Below, in pieces: positions 1 to 7,366 of a DNA stretch of 20,000 bases (position 1 is the first letter of the stretch; each line of letters begins with the position of its first letter). A program made the translations under genes and the position numbers. Source of the stretch: an uncultured virus (IMG/VR IMGVR_UViG_3300043395_001428) (lineage: Duplodnaviria; Heunggongvirae; Uroviricota; Caudoviricetes); the IMG/VR virus record IMGVR_UViG_3300043395_001428. One strand, given 5' to 3'. The notes beneath the pieces are model-generated. The model was not told where the DNA came from, did not search any database, and saw nothing but the letters and a program-made list of their open reading frames with translations.

Positions 1-941
1 GAGAGTTCTGTGAACGGTATTCGTCTGAGTTCGTACCACGGCCCTTGTATCGCATTTACTGCTGAAGTAGCACTTGAACCTGAAAATGACGTGGCATAGA
101 TGATATATCCCGTCGCCTTTGACGGTGGGGCAGAGGTCGAACCAAAATTGAAACTAAACGTCGAATTAGCGGCTGTGATCTGATACCCTGTGGTTCCGCC
201 TGACAATAACGTGGCAGTAGGATTTCCGTACCCATTTGTAATATCCGAGTAGTAGGCTATCCGAAACGAATAATACCCTGCGGACATATTCTTCGTGCCG
301 CCCGACCCGACTACCGTGATAGCAGAGTTCACCGTATTTGGCGCGGCATCAAACCCTAGTTCTTCCACTGAGTAATTATTCGATGCTGAGTCGTACAGTG
401 CTATCTGCGCACGTCTCGTTGCTACCAACGATTCTCCTGCTAACACAGCACCGTTCACATACAATGCACCGTCACCTACTGCAATGATATTGCCCTTGTC
501 TGTAAGAGTCGCGTTACCCCATAGTAAAGACGCTCTTTTCGTGTCAAGCGAGAATATTCCCGGCACTCGATAACCTGTTGTACTTGCTGTCGTCGTGGTC
601 GGGGGCAGATACGTGGTGAATTGTGTTTGTGAATCAATGGATTGTACTACAAGCGGTCTATCCCCGACGATATGCACCATTTGACCAAAATGCAGTTCAT
701 CTTGGAAAGCCGTCCCTGTTCCTGTAATGACATTTGACGCGGGACTAAATGCGAGAGTTCCTGTTAAGGCAACAGCGGGTATCGGTTCACCTAAGTTCTC
801 TGACCCGTTATATGCCGCATAAAACTGCCTGCCGGGAACGCCTCTCAATAACATATTCTGTCCGCGATAGATGGTCTGCTCGCTTCCTGTGATGGGCGAA
901 CTAGGCTTATATGGGACAGAAACTAATGTTGTTTCGGGCAT
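1..941 (-). CDS. Putative tail/virion structural protein (candidate tail hub or nozzle), truncated at the window edge
   Basis: Not in the ORF track. ATG at 941 opens a frame with no stop to the window edge (313 codons: MPETTLVSVPYKPSSPITGSEQTIYRGQNMLLRG...GPWYELRRIPFTEL). Rich in T/S/G/A and beta-strand-like, and follows the adaptor-like genes, where podovirus-type phages place the hub/nozzle gene. Confidence 0.7.
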   Translation of the reverse strand, partial: MPETTLVSVPYKPSSPITGSEQTIYRGQNMLLRGVPGRQFYAAYNGSENLGEPIPAVALTGTLAFSPASNVITGTGTAFQDELHFGQMVHIVGDRPLVVQSIDSQTQFTTYLPPTTTTASTTGYRVPGIFSLDTKRASLLWGNATLTDKGNIIAVGDGALYVNGAVLAGESLVATRRAQIALYDSASNNYSVEELGFDAAPNTVNSAITVVGSGGTKNMSAGYYSFRIAYYSDITNGYGNPTATLLSGGTTGYQITAANSTFSFNFGSTSAPPSKATGYIIYATSFSGSSATSAVNAIQGPWYELRRIPFTEL

Positions 942-957
942 AGCCTTATGATATAAT
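929..957 (+). promoter_or_regulatory. Sigma70-type promoter for the HNH endonuclease gene
   Basis: TTGTTT (929-934), 17-bp spacer, TATAAT (952-957) with an extended -10 TG at 949-950. It overlaps the ATG of the divergent tail gene. Confidence 0.6.
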
Positions 958-1036
958 AAATGCAGGTCGAAAGAAGTTGTCGCTTCCAACGACCCTGACC
1001 TTAATATTTTCTATCAAGGAGAAAACATCTTGGCTA
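958..1036 (-). ncRNA. Predicted cis-antisense RNA to the HNH endonuclease translation start (ends approximate)
   Basis: Minus-strand promoter TTGACC (1071-1066)-N17-TACGAT (1048-1043) lies inside the HNH ORF. The transcript would cover the start codon, the RBS and the hairpin at 963-997. Inferred only, and its terminator looks weak. Confidence 0.4.
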
Positions 1037-1716
1037 ATTCTAATCGTAAACTTATAAACCTTGTAGGTCAAACATTTGGACGTTTGACTGTTACGCAAGA
1101 AGTTAGCAGTCTGTTTCACGCAAGACGTGCGGCGAGTGGCAATATTGTGCAACAAAAGACTCGTAGATGGGAGTGTATATGTATCTGTGGAACTGTTTCT
1201 ATTGTTCGTCAAGGGAATCTGCTTAGAAAGCATACCACTAGCTGCGGATGCTTGGTTCGTGAACGCCTGAAAGAAGCATCCCAAACACACAGAATGAGTA
1301 GGACTCCTGAATATCGAGCTTGGGGTGCAATGTTTACTAGGTGTTATAACCAGAAGATTCCTAAATATAAAGATTATGGAGGACGTGGTATCACTGTATG
1401 TGATAGGTGGCACAAGTTTGAAAATTTTTGGGCTGATATGGGTAATCGGCCTAGTCCTAAGCATTCCCTTGACCGTATTGATGTAAACGGTAATTATGAA
1501 CCACAAAATTGCAGATGGACGACTATGATTGTGCAAGTAAATAATAAACGAACTAATCATTGGATAACTCTCGGTAATCTAACATTAACGATTGCCCAGT
1601 GGGCTAGAAAACTACAATTACATCCTTCTACGATTTATCGTCGGCTACATCATACAGACGACCCTGTTCAAATATTACGCCCATCGTGTCGTCCAACTAC
1701 GTTGGCAACGGTGTAA
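1030..1716 (+). CDS. Free-standing HNH homing-type endonuclease with C-terminal HTH
   Basis: Phage HNH-family motifs LVGQTFGRLTV, WECICICG, TTSCGC, YGGRGITVCDRW and SLDRIDVNGNYEPQNCRW..Q.NN, plus C-terminal TIAQWARKLQLHPSTIYRRL. TTG start with AAGGAG RBS. Opposite orientation to the surrounding operon. Confidence 0.9.
   Translation: MANSNRKLINLVGQTFGRLTVTQEVSSLFHARRAASGNIVQQKTRRWECICICGTVSIVRQGNLLRKHTTSCGCLVRERLKEASQTHRMSRTPEYRAWGAMFTRCYNQKIPKYKDYGGRGITVCDRWHKFENFWADMGNRPSPKHSLDRIDVNGNYEPQNCRWTTMIVQVNNKRTNHWITLGNLTLTIAQWARKLQLHPSTIYRRLHHTDDPVQILRPSCRPTTLATV
1043..1071 (-). promoter_or_regulatory. Antisense sigma70-type promoter inside the 5' end of the HNH gene
   Basis: TTGACC-N17-TACGAT on the minus strand. 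The -10 element sits at +14..+19 of the ORF. Confidence 0.55.
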
Positions 1717-2239
1717 CACCCTGAAGGGCTAGGGCTAAGGCAAGGATAACATCGTTTGCGGTTTGGTCTGACGGAAATGTAACAGTCGTTGTTACAGTAG
1801 GCGTAGACGGTACAGTAACGTATAGACTCCCCGTGTAAGGGTCGTTAGGTAACGGAGCAGTGTAGTTAAAAGTATCACCCGTGATATAGACATATCCTAG
1901 TTGTTCATAGTTCTGTCCGCTGTTGTAATCCGATGCGTATTCGTAATAAGTGATAAGACTGTCATCATCGTCGGCAAAATTCGCTTGTCGCAAGAACTCT
2001 CTCATCACGCCTGTCGGGACTGTACCTGTTCCTGATGTAATAGTCACCGTATGCTTTACTGTAATGTCCCTGACGAACTTAGGGTCTTTAGCCTTGCCTC
2101 TGTAGACGTTTGCGATGACGTGGGGCAAAAGAGCGAACAATCCGCCTCGCGCGTCAATAAACGCAGATGCGTTGGCATCTACACCACCCGCTTGCGTGGC
2201 AATCGTCCTTGCCCTTGAGAGTATTTCCGAAACATTCAT
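1697..2239 (-). CDS. Putative virion protein, adaptor/ring-like
   Basis: 180 aa. N-terminal helix (MNVSEILSRARTIA), beta-rich middle and C-terminal FP...VILALALAL helix, a layout typical of podovirus adaptor proteins. ATGA overlap with the upstream gene. Confidence 0.55.
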   Translation of the reverse strand: MNVSEILSRARTIATQAGGVDANASAFIDARGGLFALLPHVIANVYRGKAKDPKFVRDITVKHTVTITSGTGTVPTGVMREFLRQANFADDDDSLITYYEYASDYNSGQNYEQLGYVYITGDTFNYTAPLPNDPYTGSLYVTVPSTPTVTTTVTFPSDQTANDVILALALALQGVTPLPT

Positions 2240-2553
2240 TGAGCTAATCTGCGAAAGGCTTCTTTGGAATCAAGATATTCAGCCCCGTCAATATTGTCCA
2301 CCAACAGCTTCGATTGTGTCTGACATCCGTTGATGACAGCGTGTTCAATGACTTGCAATGGTTCAAAGGATACGACTTCTGCTATCTTACCGCCAAGCTC
2401 GAACTTCTCGCCTATCATTGGCAGATACTTAACTTCTTTTGCGGGTTTCGGTTTCACGGGAATCTCGAATGTGGTCTCAGGGTGTTCCTTTGCAAACTTC
2501 TTCGACACTATCTTTCCCGTCTCTGCTGATTTCGCTACTGTTTTCTTTGCCAT
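2236..2553 (-). CDS. Hypothetical protein with basic N-terminal motif
   Basis: 105-aa ORF tightly packed in the operon. N-terminus contains KSAETGKIVSKKFAKEHPETT. Confidence 0.7.
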   Translation of the reverse strand: MAKKTVAKSAETGKIVSKKFAKEHPETTFEIPVKPKPAKEVKYLPMIGEKFELGGKIAEVVSFEPLQVIEHAVINGCQTQSKLLVDNIDGAEYLDSKEAFRRLAQ

Positions 2554-2557
2554 AACT

Positions 2558-3268
2558 TTATCCTGCTGTCGTTTCCGTACTTGCTAATGGTGTGTTCGGC
2601 AGCCCCATTAACAACATCTGATACCCTTGCTGATACAGATTCATATCTACACCCGCAAGACCTGCGTTATCCGTCCAACCTACTTGTAGAGAGTTGCCAC
2701 ACACGCCGTTGACGTGCATATTTGCACACGCTTGCGGTAGAGGTGAATCTTCGTCAGCATCATAAGCCGCACTTTGCGTATCATAATCCCACACGCATCC
2801 TTGCAGATATGCTGTCGAACGTGTGTGCCTGAATTGATTTCCTGTCAGATTGTAGTTGTAAAGATTTACATTATTAAAGAAATCATCTTCGTAATCTGCC
2901 AATGTCTGTGTCGGCATCCACGTCAGCGGAGCGTTGGTATCTTCGTCCGCCGCTGAGTCGAACACTCCGACGAACTCCACACCATCATCGTCTACCGTTG
3001 GCGTTGAAGCTAGATTAGCTAACGCCTCACTGCGTCCATACAACAATGACCGAGCAGGATGCTGAGGGTTATTACCGATGACCTGAGCCATTTCCTTCTC
3101 GATCATCAATATCATATCCTTAAACGCACTCTTAGGAATTTCAGCCCCGTCTAGGGCGCTCGCCCACGCACCTGCATAGGCGGCTTCCAATGTGGCTTGG
3201 TCAGCGCCAATTATCTGTGCAAGGCGTAATGCCGCTTGGCGTTTAATTGTTAAATAGCTGTACGGCAT
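2558..3268 (-). CDS. Putative virion protein, adaptor/ring-like
   Basis: 236 aa, acidic, with helical N-terminus, beta middle and SPLPQAC...VNG near the C-terminus. Start abuts the upstream stop. Confidence 0.55.
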   Translation of the reverse strand: MPYSYLTIKRQAALRLAQIIGADQATLEAAYAGAWASALDGAEIPKSAFKDMILMIEKEMAQVIGNNPQHPARSLLYGRSEALANLASTPTVDDDGVEFVGVFDSAADEDTNAPLTWMPTQTLADYEDDFFNNVNLYNYNLTGNQFRHTRSTAYLQGCVWDYDTQSAAYDADEDSPLPQACANMHVNGVCGNSLQVGWTDNAGLAGVDMNLYQQGYQMLLMGLPNTPLASTETTAG

Positions 3269-3655
3269 CTATCCCCACGTCGCAGCGGTTTGCTGTGCCC
3301 AAACTTCGTTAATGTCCGCTGTCCCCTTGTTCTGAATACGGATGAACCCTGACAGCCTGACAAGCGTTGTCCACGTATAGACCGTATCCGTCGTTGCAGG
3401 CACGGACTCAAGAATGTACTCAGTGCTGAAATCGGGGTTGATGTCGTACATCACGTCAAAGGCGTCAGTTGTCGGCGCGGCGTCGAACAGCACATTAATC
3501 TCCGTCGCTAGTCCTGCGTTGACCGCGATGCCCATTGAGTAATCGTCATCGGGTATCACAGGGTCAGGTGTGCGCATTGACAGCCACACGGGTTCTTGAG
3601 GGTTCGATGATGCAAGGGTTAGTTGAAGCCCCTTACCGGGATAAAGTGTGGCCAT
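3269..3655 (-). CDS. Putative small beta-rich virion protein
   Basis: 128 aa with AAGGAG RBS upstream. Alternating beta-strand pattern ending GFIRIQNKG. Lies in the structural operon. Confidence 0.65.
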   Translation of the reverse strand: MATLYPGKGLQLTLASSNPQEPVWLSMRTPDPVIPDDDYSMGIAVNAGLATEINVLFDAAPTTDAFDVMYDINPDFSTEYILESVPATTDTVYTWTTLVRLSGFIRIQNKGTADINEVWAQQTAATWG

Positions 3656-3664
3656 AATTACTCC

Positions 3665-4402
3665 TTAGCAGTTCCAATCCTCCAGAAAGACGGGTTTTGG
3701 AATTGCGATACTTTTAATATATCTACTAAATAATGGTTCTTTGATCTGTAATTGATAATCGAACCCCATCATCAATTCTTTTCTCTTAGCGAGATTTTCT
3801 GCCTTGTCATCACTCCACTCAGTATATGGCAAGAGTGCCATTGCATTACGAAGTCTGACAAGTTCTGCGTGTTCGGGCAACTGTACCGCAGATGATAATG
3901 GGTCATTGACCCCGATGTACCCACTGAGATAGTGGATATTGTACGTCCAACTCGTCATTGGCTGAGGCTGAATCCTCACCATATAGTTCGAGTTGAGTAC
4001 GCCTGAGCGATAGAATGACATCCGTTCAGGCGTTTCCGTTACCCACGGTAAAGTCCCGTATGACCCCATATAATACTGCCATACAGTGCCGTAATCTAGA
4101 TCGTCAACGTCGGAGAACGGAACGTTCACATACCTGATGTAAGGGTCGCCCTGTATTCTTTCAACATACAAGACTTTACCGAAGTCCTCTGCGTTTATCG
4201 TGTAGGTGTCTTGCCCTACAATGTAGTTCAATTGATAGGTTGATATCGCCCACGGTTTTGCTGAGTTATTGGTCGCGTTGACAATATCCATCTCAGTTGA
4301 TATTTCCTGTCTAAGCAACTGATGGAAACTAGGGCGATTGGGCAACGGATTGTCCAATAAGTCCCTAGTCCTGAAGATTTGTTCAATACGACTTACACTC
4401 AT
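3665..4402 (-). CDS. Putative head-tail adaptor protein
   Basis: 245 aa. GQDTYTINAEDF, VRIQPQP and QLPEHAELV match the G..Y.l..Df / i.P.P / lPe pattern I recognise in podovirus-type adaptors. Lies downstream of the capsid gene. Confidence 0.65.
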   Translation of the reverse strand: MSVSRIEQIFRTRDLLDNPLPNRPSFHQLLRQEISTEMDIVNATNNSAKPWAISTYQLNYIVGQDTYTINAEDFGKVLYVERIQGDPYIRYVNVPFSDVDDLDYGTVWQYYMGSYGTLPWVTETPERMSFYRSGVLNSNYMVRIQPQPMTSWTYNIHYLSGYIGVNDPLSSAVQLPEHAELVRLRNAMALLPYTEWSDDKAENLAKRKELMMGFDYQLQIKEPLFSRYIKSIAIPKPVFLEDWNC

Positions 4403-5619
4403 TGATTATGTTGGAAACAACGGGTCTCTCCCTCTCTAAGCTCACGCTTACACGCTTCACCATTAGCCTTAATCGCCCCACAAGTACCAATCATTGCCCC
4501 CATTGCTGTGAGGTTACTCACGGTAGGTTCTTCCTCTACAGACGGCGTGTAATACGCCTTTACAGGTTCCGCCTTCCGCATCCCAAGCCGAATCTCTTCA
4601 TCAATGTCACGCTCTCTCAGTCCTGCAACTATCTCAGCCGTGTACTGCTTGCGTTCTTCGAGCAAAAGTGCCTTCATTGACGCTTCATCAGTACCAAGTT
4701 CCTTCTTAGCAATAATCTCAGCAAGTCTGTTCACTGCACTATCGTCACCTGCAAGCAAGTCGCTCTTTCTGCGAGTGCCTGTCTGTGCCAAGAGCAGTTC
4801 TGACGCATCCGAGTTGCGTACATCCGTCTGACCTTTATCGAACGCGGTTTTGTAGATGACCTCATCGCCTTTGATGGTGTTCAACCCGTGGCGTTGGAAC
4901 TCTGCTACCGATCTCAGCATATCCCTTGCGATAGATTGATACTGTGTCTGTAATGACGGAGGCAACATCGCAATGTCAGCACGTCTTGCGTGAATATGGG
5001 CTTCCATTGCCTTTGCCGTGTTGGGCAGTTCCGCAACGCCGTTCTTAATATCTTCCCAATTCGGGAAAAAGAACAGTTGGACTTGTTCGATCTCCTCACG
5101 GCTTGCACCTTTGAGTGCTTCGACCTCTACCGTTCCGCCAATACCGTGCGGTACGGTTCGCTGTGTCGCTTTACGTGCATCGTGACCGGGATAACGTTTG
5201 TGAAAGACCAAGTGATTCGACCGTCTGTTCTTGAACACGCCATCTTCTTTGATCGAACGCATATCGCTTTCTAAGAATCCCTGTACGGTCTTTGGCTGTC
5301 CATTGACCGTCTGCGTGAACGACCGTGCAAGCTGCGAACGCATCTCAGGCGGAACCATCATCTCCCAATCCCCGACAGGCGTGAACGCAGGCAATTGAGT
5401 GAACATACAGCGGTAAAGCATATACTTCGACTCTCTCAAGCCGGGGATATGAGGTAGATGTATTCCCCCAAAGCTTTTGAACGGCAGTTCATATTTCTCT
5501 GCATCTGTAATGGCATCCATTGCCATAAACAGAACGCGGGGAATCTGTGCGTCTGCGTCCTCATTAAGAACGACAGGGCTGTTTACGACGGTACTTGTTG
5601 GTATCTGTGCATTTATCAT
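4399..5619 (-). CDS. Hypothetical protein with C-terminal CCCH Zn-finger
   Basis: 406 aa with ATGA overlaps at both ends. Ends CGAIKANGEACKRELREGETRCFQH (C-x9-C-x10-C-x2-H). Confidence 0.75.
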   Translation of the reverse strand: MINAQIPTSTVVNSPVVLNEDADAQIPRVLFMAMDAITDAEKYELPFKSFGGIHLPHIPGLRESKYMLYRCMFTQLPAFTPVGDWEMMVPPEMRSQLARSFTQTVNGQPKTVQGFLESDMRSIKEDGVFKNRRSNHLVFHKRYPGHDARKATQRTVPHGIGGTVEVEALKGASREEIEQVQLFFFPNWEDIKNGVAELPNTAKAMEAHIHARRADIAMLPPSLQTQYQSIARDMLRSVAEFQRHGLNTIKGDEVIYKTAFDKGQTDVRNSDASELLLAQTGTRRKSDLLAGDDSAVNRLAEIIAKKELGTDEASMKALLLEERKQYTAEIVAGLRERDIDEEIRLGMRKAEPVKAYYTPSVEEEPTVSNLTAMGAMIGTCGAIKANGEACKRELREGETRCFQHNQ

Positions 5620-6518
5620 TGAAATCTGTCCTCATCTTGGGCATCAAGTGCCCCCTTGTATATGTGTTCTAGTTCCTTATGTGTTTTGGTAGTCCCGATA
5701 AGTTCAGGGATGTTGCCAAAAAACGCTTCCGAATTAGCAAGCATTATGTCTTTGACCCTTTGTGCCTGCTGTTGCTTGGCTTTCTCAATAAAGTGGCGCG
5801 TACTTGCCGCACCGTCCATCAACACTTTTCTGCTTCTCTCAGCGTCGTTTCTCTGTACAACGCCTGCTCTGTCCATATTTTCCCTTATCGTGCGGACATA
5901 AGCAATATCTTTATCTGACGGCAACCGATATTTACCGTAACAAATCTTATTCACCGCAAGCATTTTCTCACAACACGGCGGAATGTCGCCAAAGACTATT
6001 GTCTCATCGTGTTCTGCGATTATCTTGAGGTGTTGATACATAAACTCAGGCGGCTTCTCAGGGCGAATGTGCGTCTTTACACCGTGATGTAGTACCGTGC
6101 TTGCTTCTTCCCAACTCGCTTCTAACTGTGAGCCGTGCAAGACTTCCATTAGAAGCCAACGCGGTGCGGAAATGTAAATATAGTCCTTGTCATTAACGGG
6201 CAGTTCTGCAAATAACAAAGGTGGCTTCCTTTCGATGTCACCATTCTCATTCAAGAATACGTCCCCGTAACGCCTGTCCCCGCTCCACGCGAGTACGATA
6301 GCATTGGGCGCTCCAAAAGCGGAGTCTAATCTCTTTTGGAAGTCGGCTATCTCGGCAGGCGTCCACGGGGGAGTCTTGAAGTCACCCTTCAGCCAATTGT
6401 TAATATCATCGTAAACGGCTGGCTTAAACTGCTTGAGTTTAGCTTTTGCCGTAGCAATAATTTGCTGTTCTCGTGCTAGGTCTGCCTGTCGCATTTTGCT
6501 TTCTTTTTTCCGATTCAT
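5616..6518 (-). CDS. Hypothetical protein (post-capsid)
   Basis: ORF track gives 5616..6536. The ATG at 6518 overlaps the endonuclease stop (ATGA) and is the more likely start, giving 300 aa. Confidence 0.75.
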   Translation of the reverse strand: MNRKKESKMRQADLAREQQIIATAKAKLKQFKPAVYDDINNWLKGDFKTPPWTPAEIADFQKRLDSAFGAPNAIVLAWSGDRRYGDVFLNENGDIERKPPLLFAELPVNDKDYIYISAPRWLLMEVLHGSQLEASWEEASTVLHHGVKTHIRPEKPPEFMYQHLKIIAEHDETIVFGDIPPCCEKMLAVNKICYGKYRLPSDKDIAYVRTIRENMDRAGVVQRNDAERSRKVLMDGAASTRHFIEKAKQQQAQRVKDIMLANSEAFFGNIPELIGTTKTHKELEHIYKGALDAQDEDRFQ

Positions 6519-7210
6519 ATAGTAACGTGACGCCACGCCTCTCGGTAAGTAATGGCATAAATTAAAGAAACGCTTACATTATATTTTTTAGCCATTGATC
6601 TAACATGTAACGTCCCCTCTTGTTGTTGGCGTAATATGTCTCGAACTTTTTCTTCATTTAACTTTGCTTGCGTGCTTTGTTCGCCAATGATTTTTGATTC
6701 TGGTTTGGTACACCAATGATGTAACCGTCCTTTTCGTGGAGGCAGTTTTGTTTTCATAGGCTGTGGGGGCATTTGCTTTTCTACTCGTATTAGGTAATCT
6801 AAAGCCCGCTTAACCCCTTCAATAGAATCCCCCAATCCGCCAAGTCCCGTGTTACATGTAGAACATAAAAGTCCTCTAATTTGTCCTGTTTCATGACAAT
6901 GGTCTACTCGTAACCGCTTCCCATCGCGAGATTCATACCCACATATTGCACAAGCTCCATGTTGAGAAGCCAATAAATGTTCGTAATCTTCAATCCGCAT
7001 ACCATATCGGCTAAATAAATGTTGGTCACGTGACCGATTGGGGTCTTTCTCTTTATGCCACCTTGCCCTAGCCTTAGCTCTCAAACACATTTTACATTGA
7101 CCGTCTCGCCCATGAGCGTTTTTACCTGCTTTTGCAAATATACGGAACTCGTCTAAGGGTTTAGTTACCTTGCAACACGAACACGCTTTTTCTACAATTG
7201 GATTAGTCAT
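6515..7210 (-). CDS. Free-standing endonuclease VII-type (His-Me finger) nuclease with C-terminal HTH module
   Basis: YG...DYE.LL..Q.G.CAIC, VDHCHETGQIRGLLCSTCNTGLG and ALDYL form the EndoVII signature. N-terminal Zn module CSCC..KPLDEF..CKMC. C-terminal GEQSTQAKLNEEKV...MAKKYNVSVSLIYAI....WRHV. GAGG RBS. Confidence 0.9.
   Translation of the reverse strand: MTNPIVEKACSCCKVTKPLDEFRIFAKAGKNAHGRDGQCKMCLRAKARARWHKEKDPNRSRDQHLFSRYGMRIEDYEHLLASQHGACAICGYESRDGKRLRVDHCHETGQIRGLLCSTCNTGLGGLGDSIEGVKRALDYLIRVEKQMPPQPMKTKLPPRKGRLHHWCTKPESKIIGEQSTQAKLNEEKVRDILRQQQEGTLHVRSMAKKYNVSVSLIYAITYREAWRHVTI
7170..7198 (+). promoter_or_regulatory. Antisense sigma70-type promoter inside the 5' end of the EndoVII gene
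   Basis: TTGCAA (7170-7175)-N17-TACAAT (7193-7198). The -10 element sits at +13..+18 of the ORF. Confidence 0.6.
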
Positions 7211-7275
7211 TTCAATACCTCGTTTATTGATCTAAGATTAGGAATTGGGAAGTGCTTATAACACTTCCCTTTTCC
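7205..7275 (+). ncRNA. Predicted ~70-nt cis-antisense RNA to the EndoVII translation start (ends approximate)
   Basis: Bounded by the promoter at 7170-7198 and the hairpin GGGAAGTG-cttataa-CACTTCCC followed by TTTT (7247-7273). Complementary to the ATG and RBS. Confidence 0.5.
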
Positions 7276-7281
7276 GTGTTT

Positions 7282-7310
7282 ATGTTATCACACAATGTGA
7301 TTAGATTCAA
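7282..7310 (-). promoter_or_regulatory. Sigma70-type promoter for the EndoVII gene with a palindrome in the spacer
   Basis: TTGAAT-N17-TAACAT with extended -10 TG. Inverted repeat ATCACA-N3-TGTGAT at 7287-7301. Confidence 0.55.
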
Positions 7311-7366
7311 TCGCTAAATGCTTTGTTCTCTATCACTTGCGTCAAACCCAAAGTTAGTTGATACAA

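Noticed and set aside
946..1560. 204-aa minus-strand ORF co-directional with the operon
   Set aside because: It is the antisense shadow of the HNH gene, which has clear family motifs and an RBS. The shadow translation has no recognisable features.
942..7366. Group I intron or intein hosting either endonuclease
   Set aside because: The flanking genes appear complete with their own starts and stops, the non-coding flanks are too short for a ribozyme core, and both endonucleases are separate ORFs with their own RBS.
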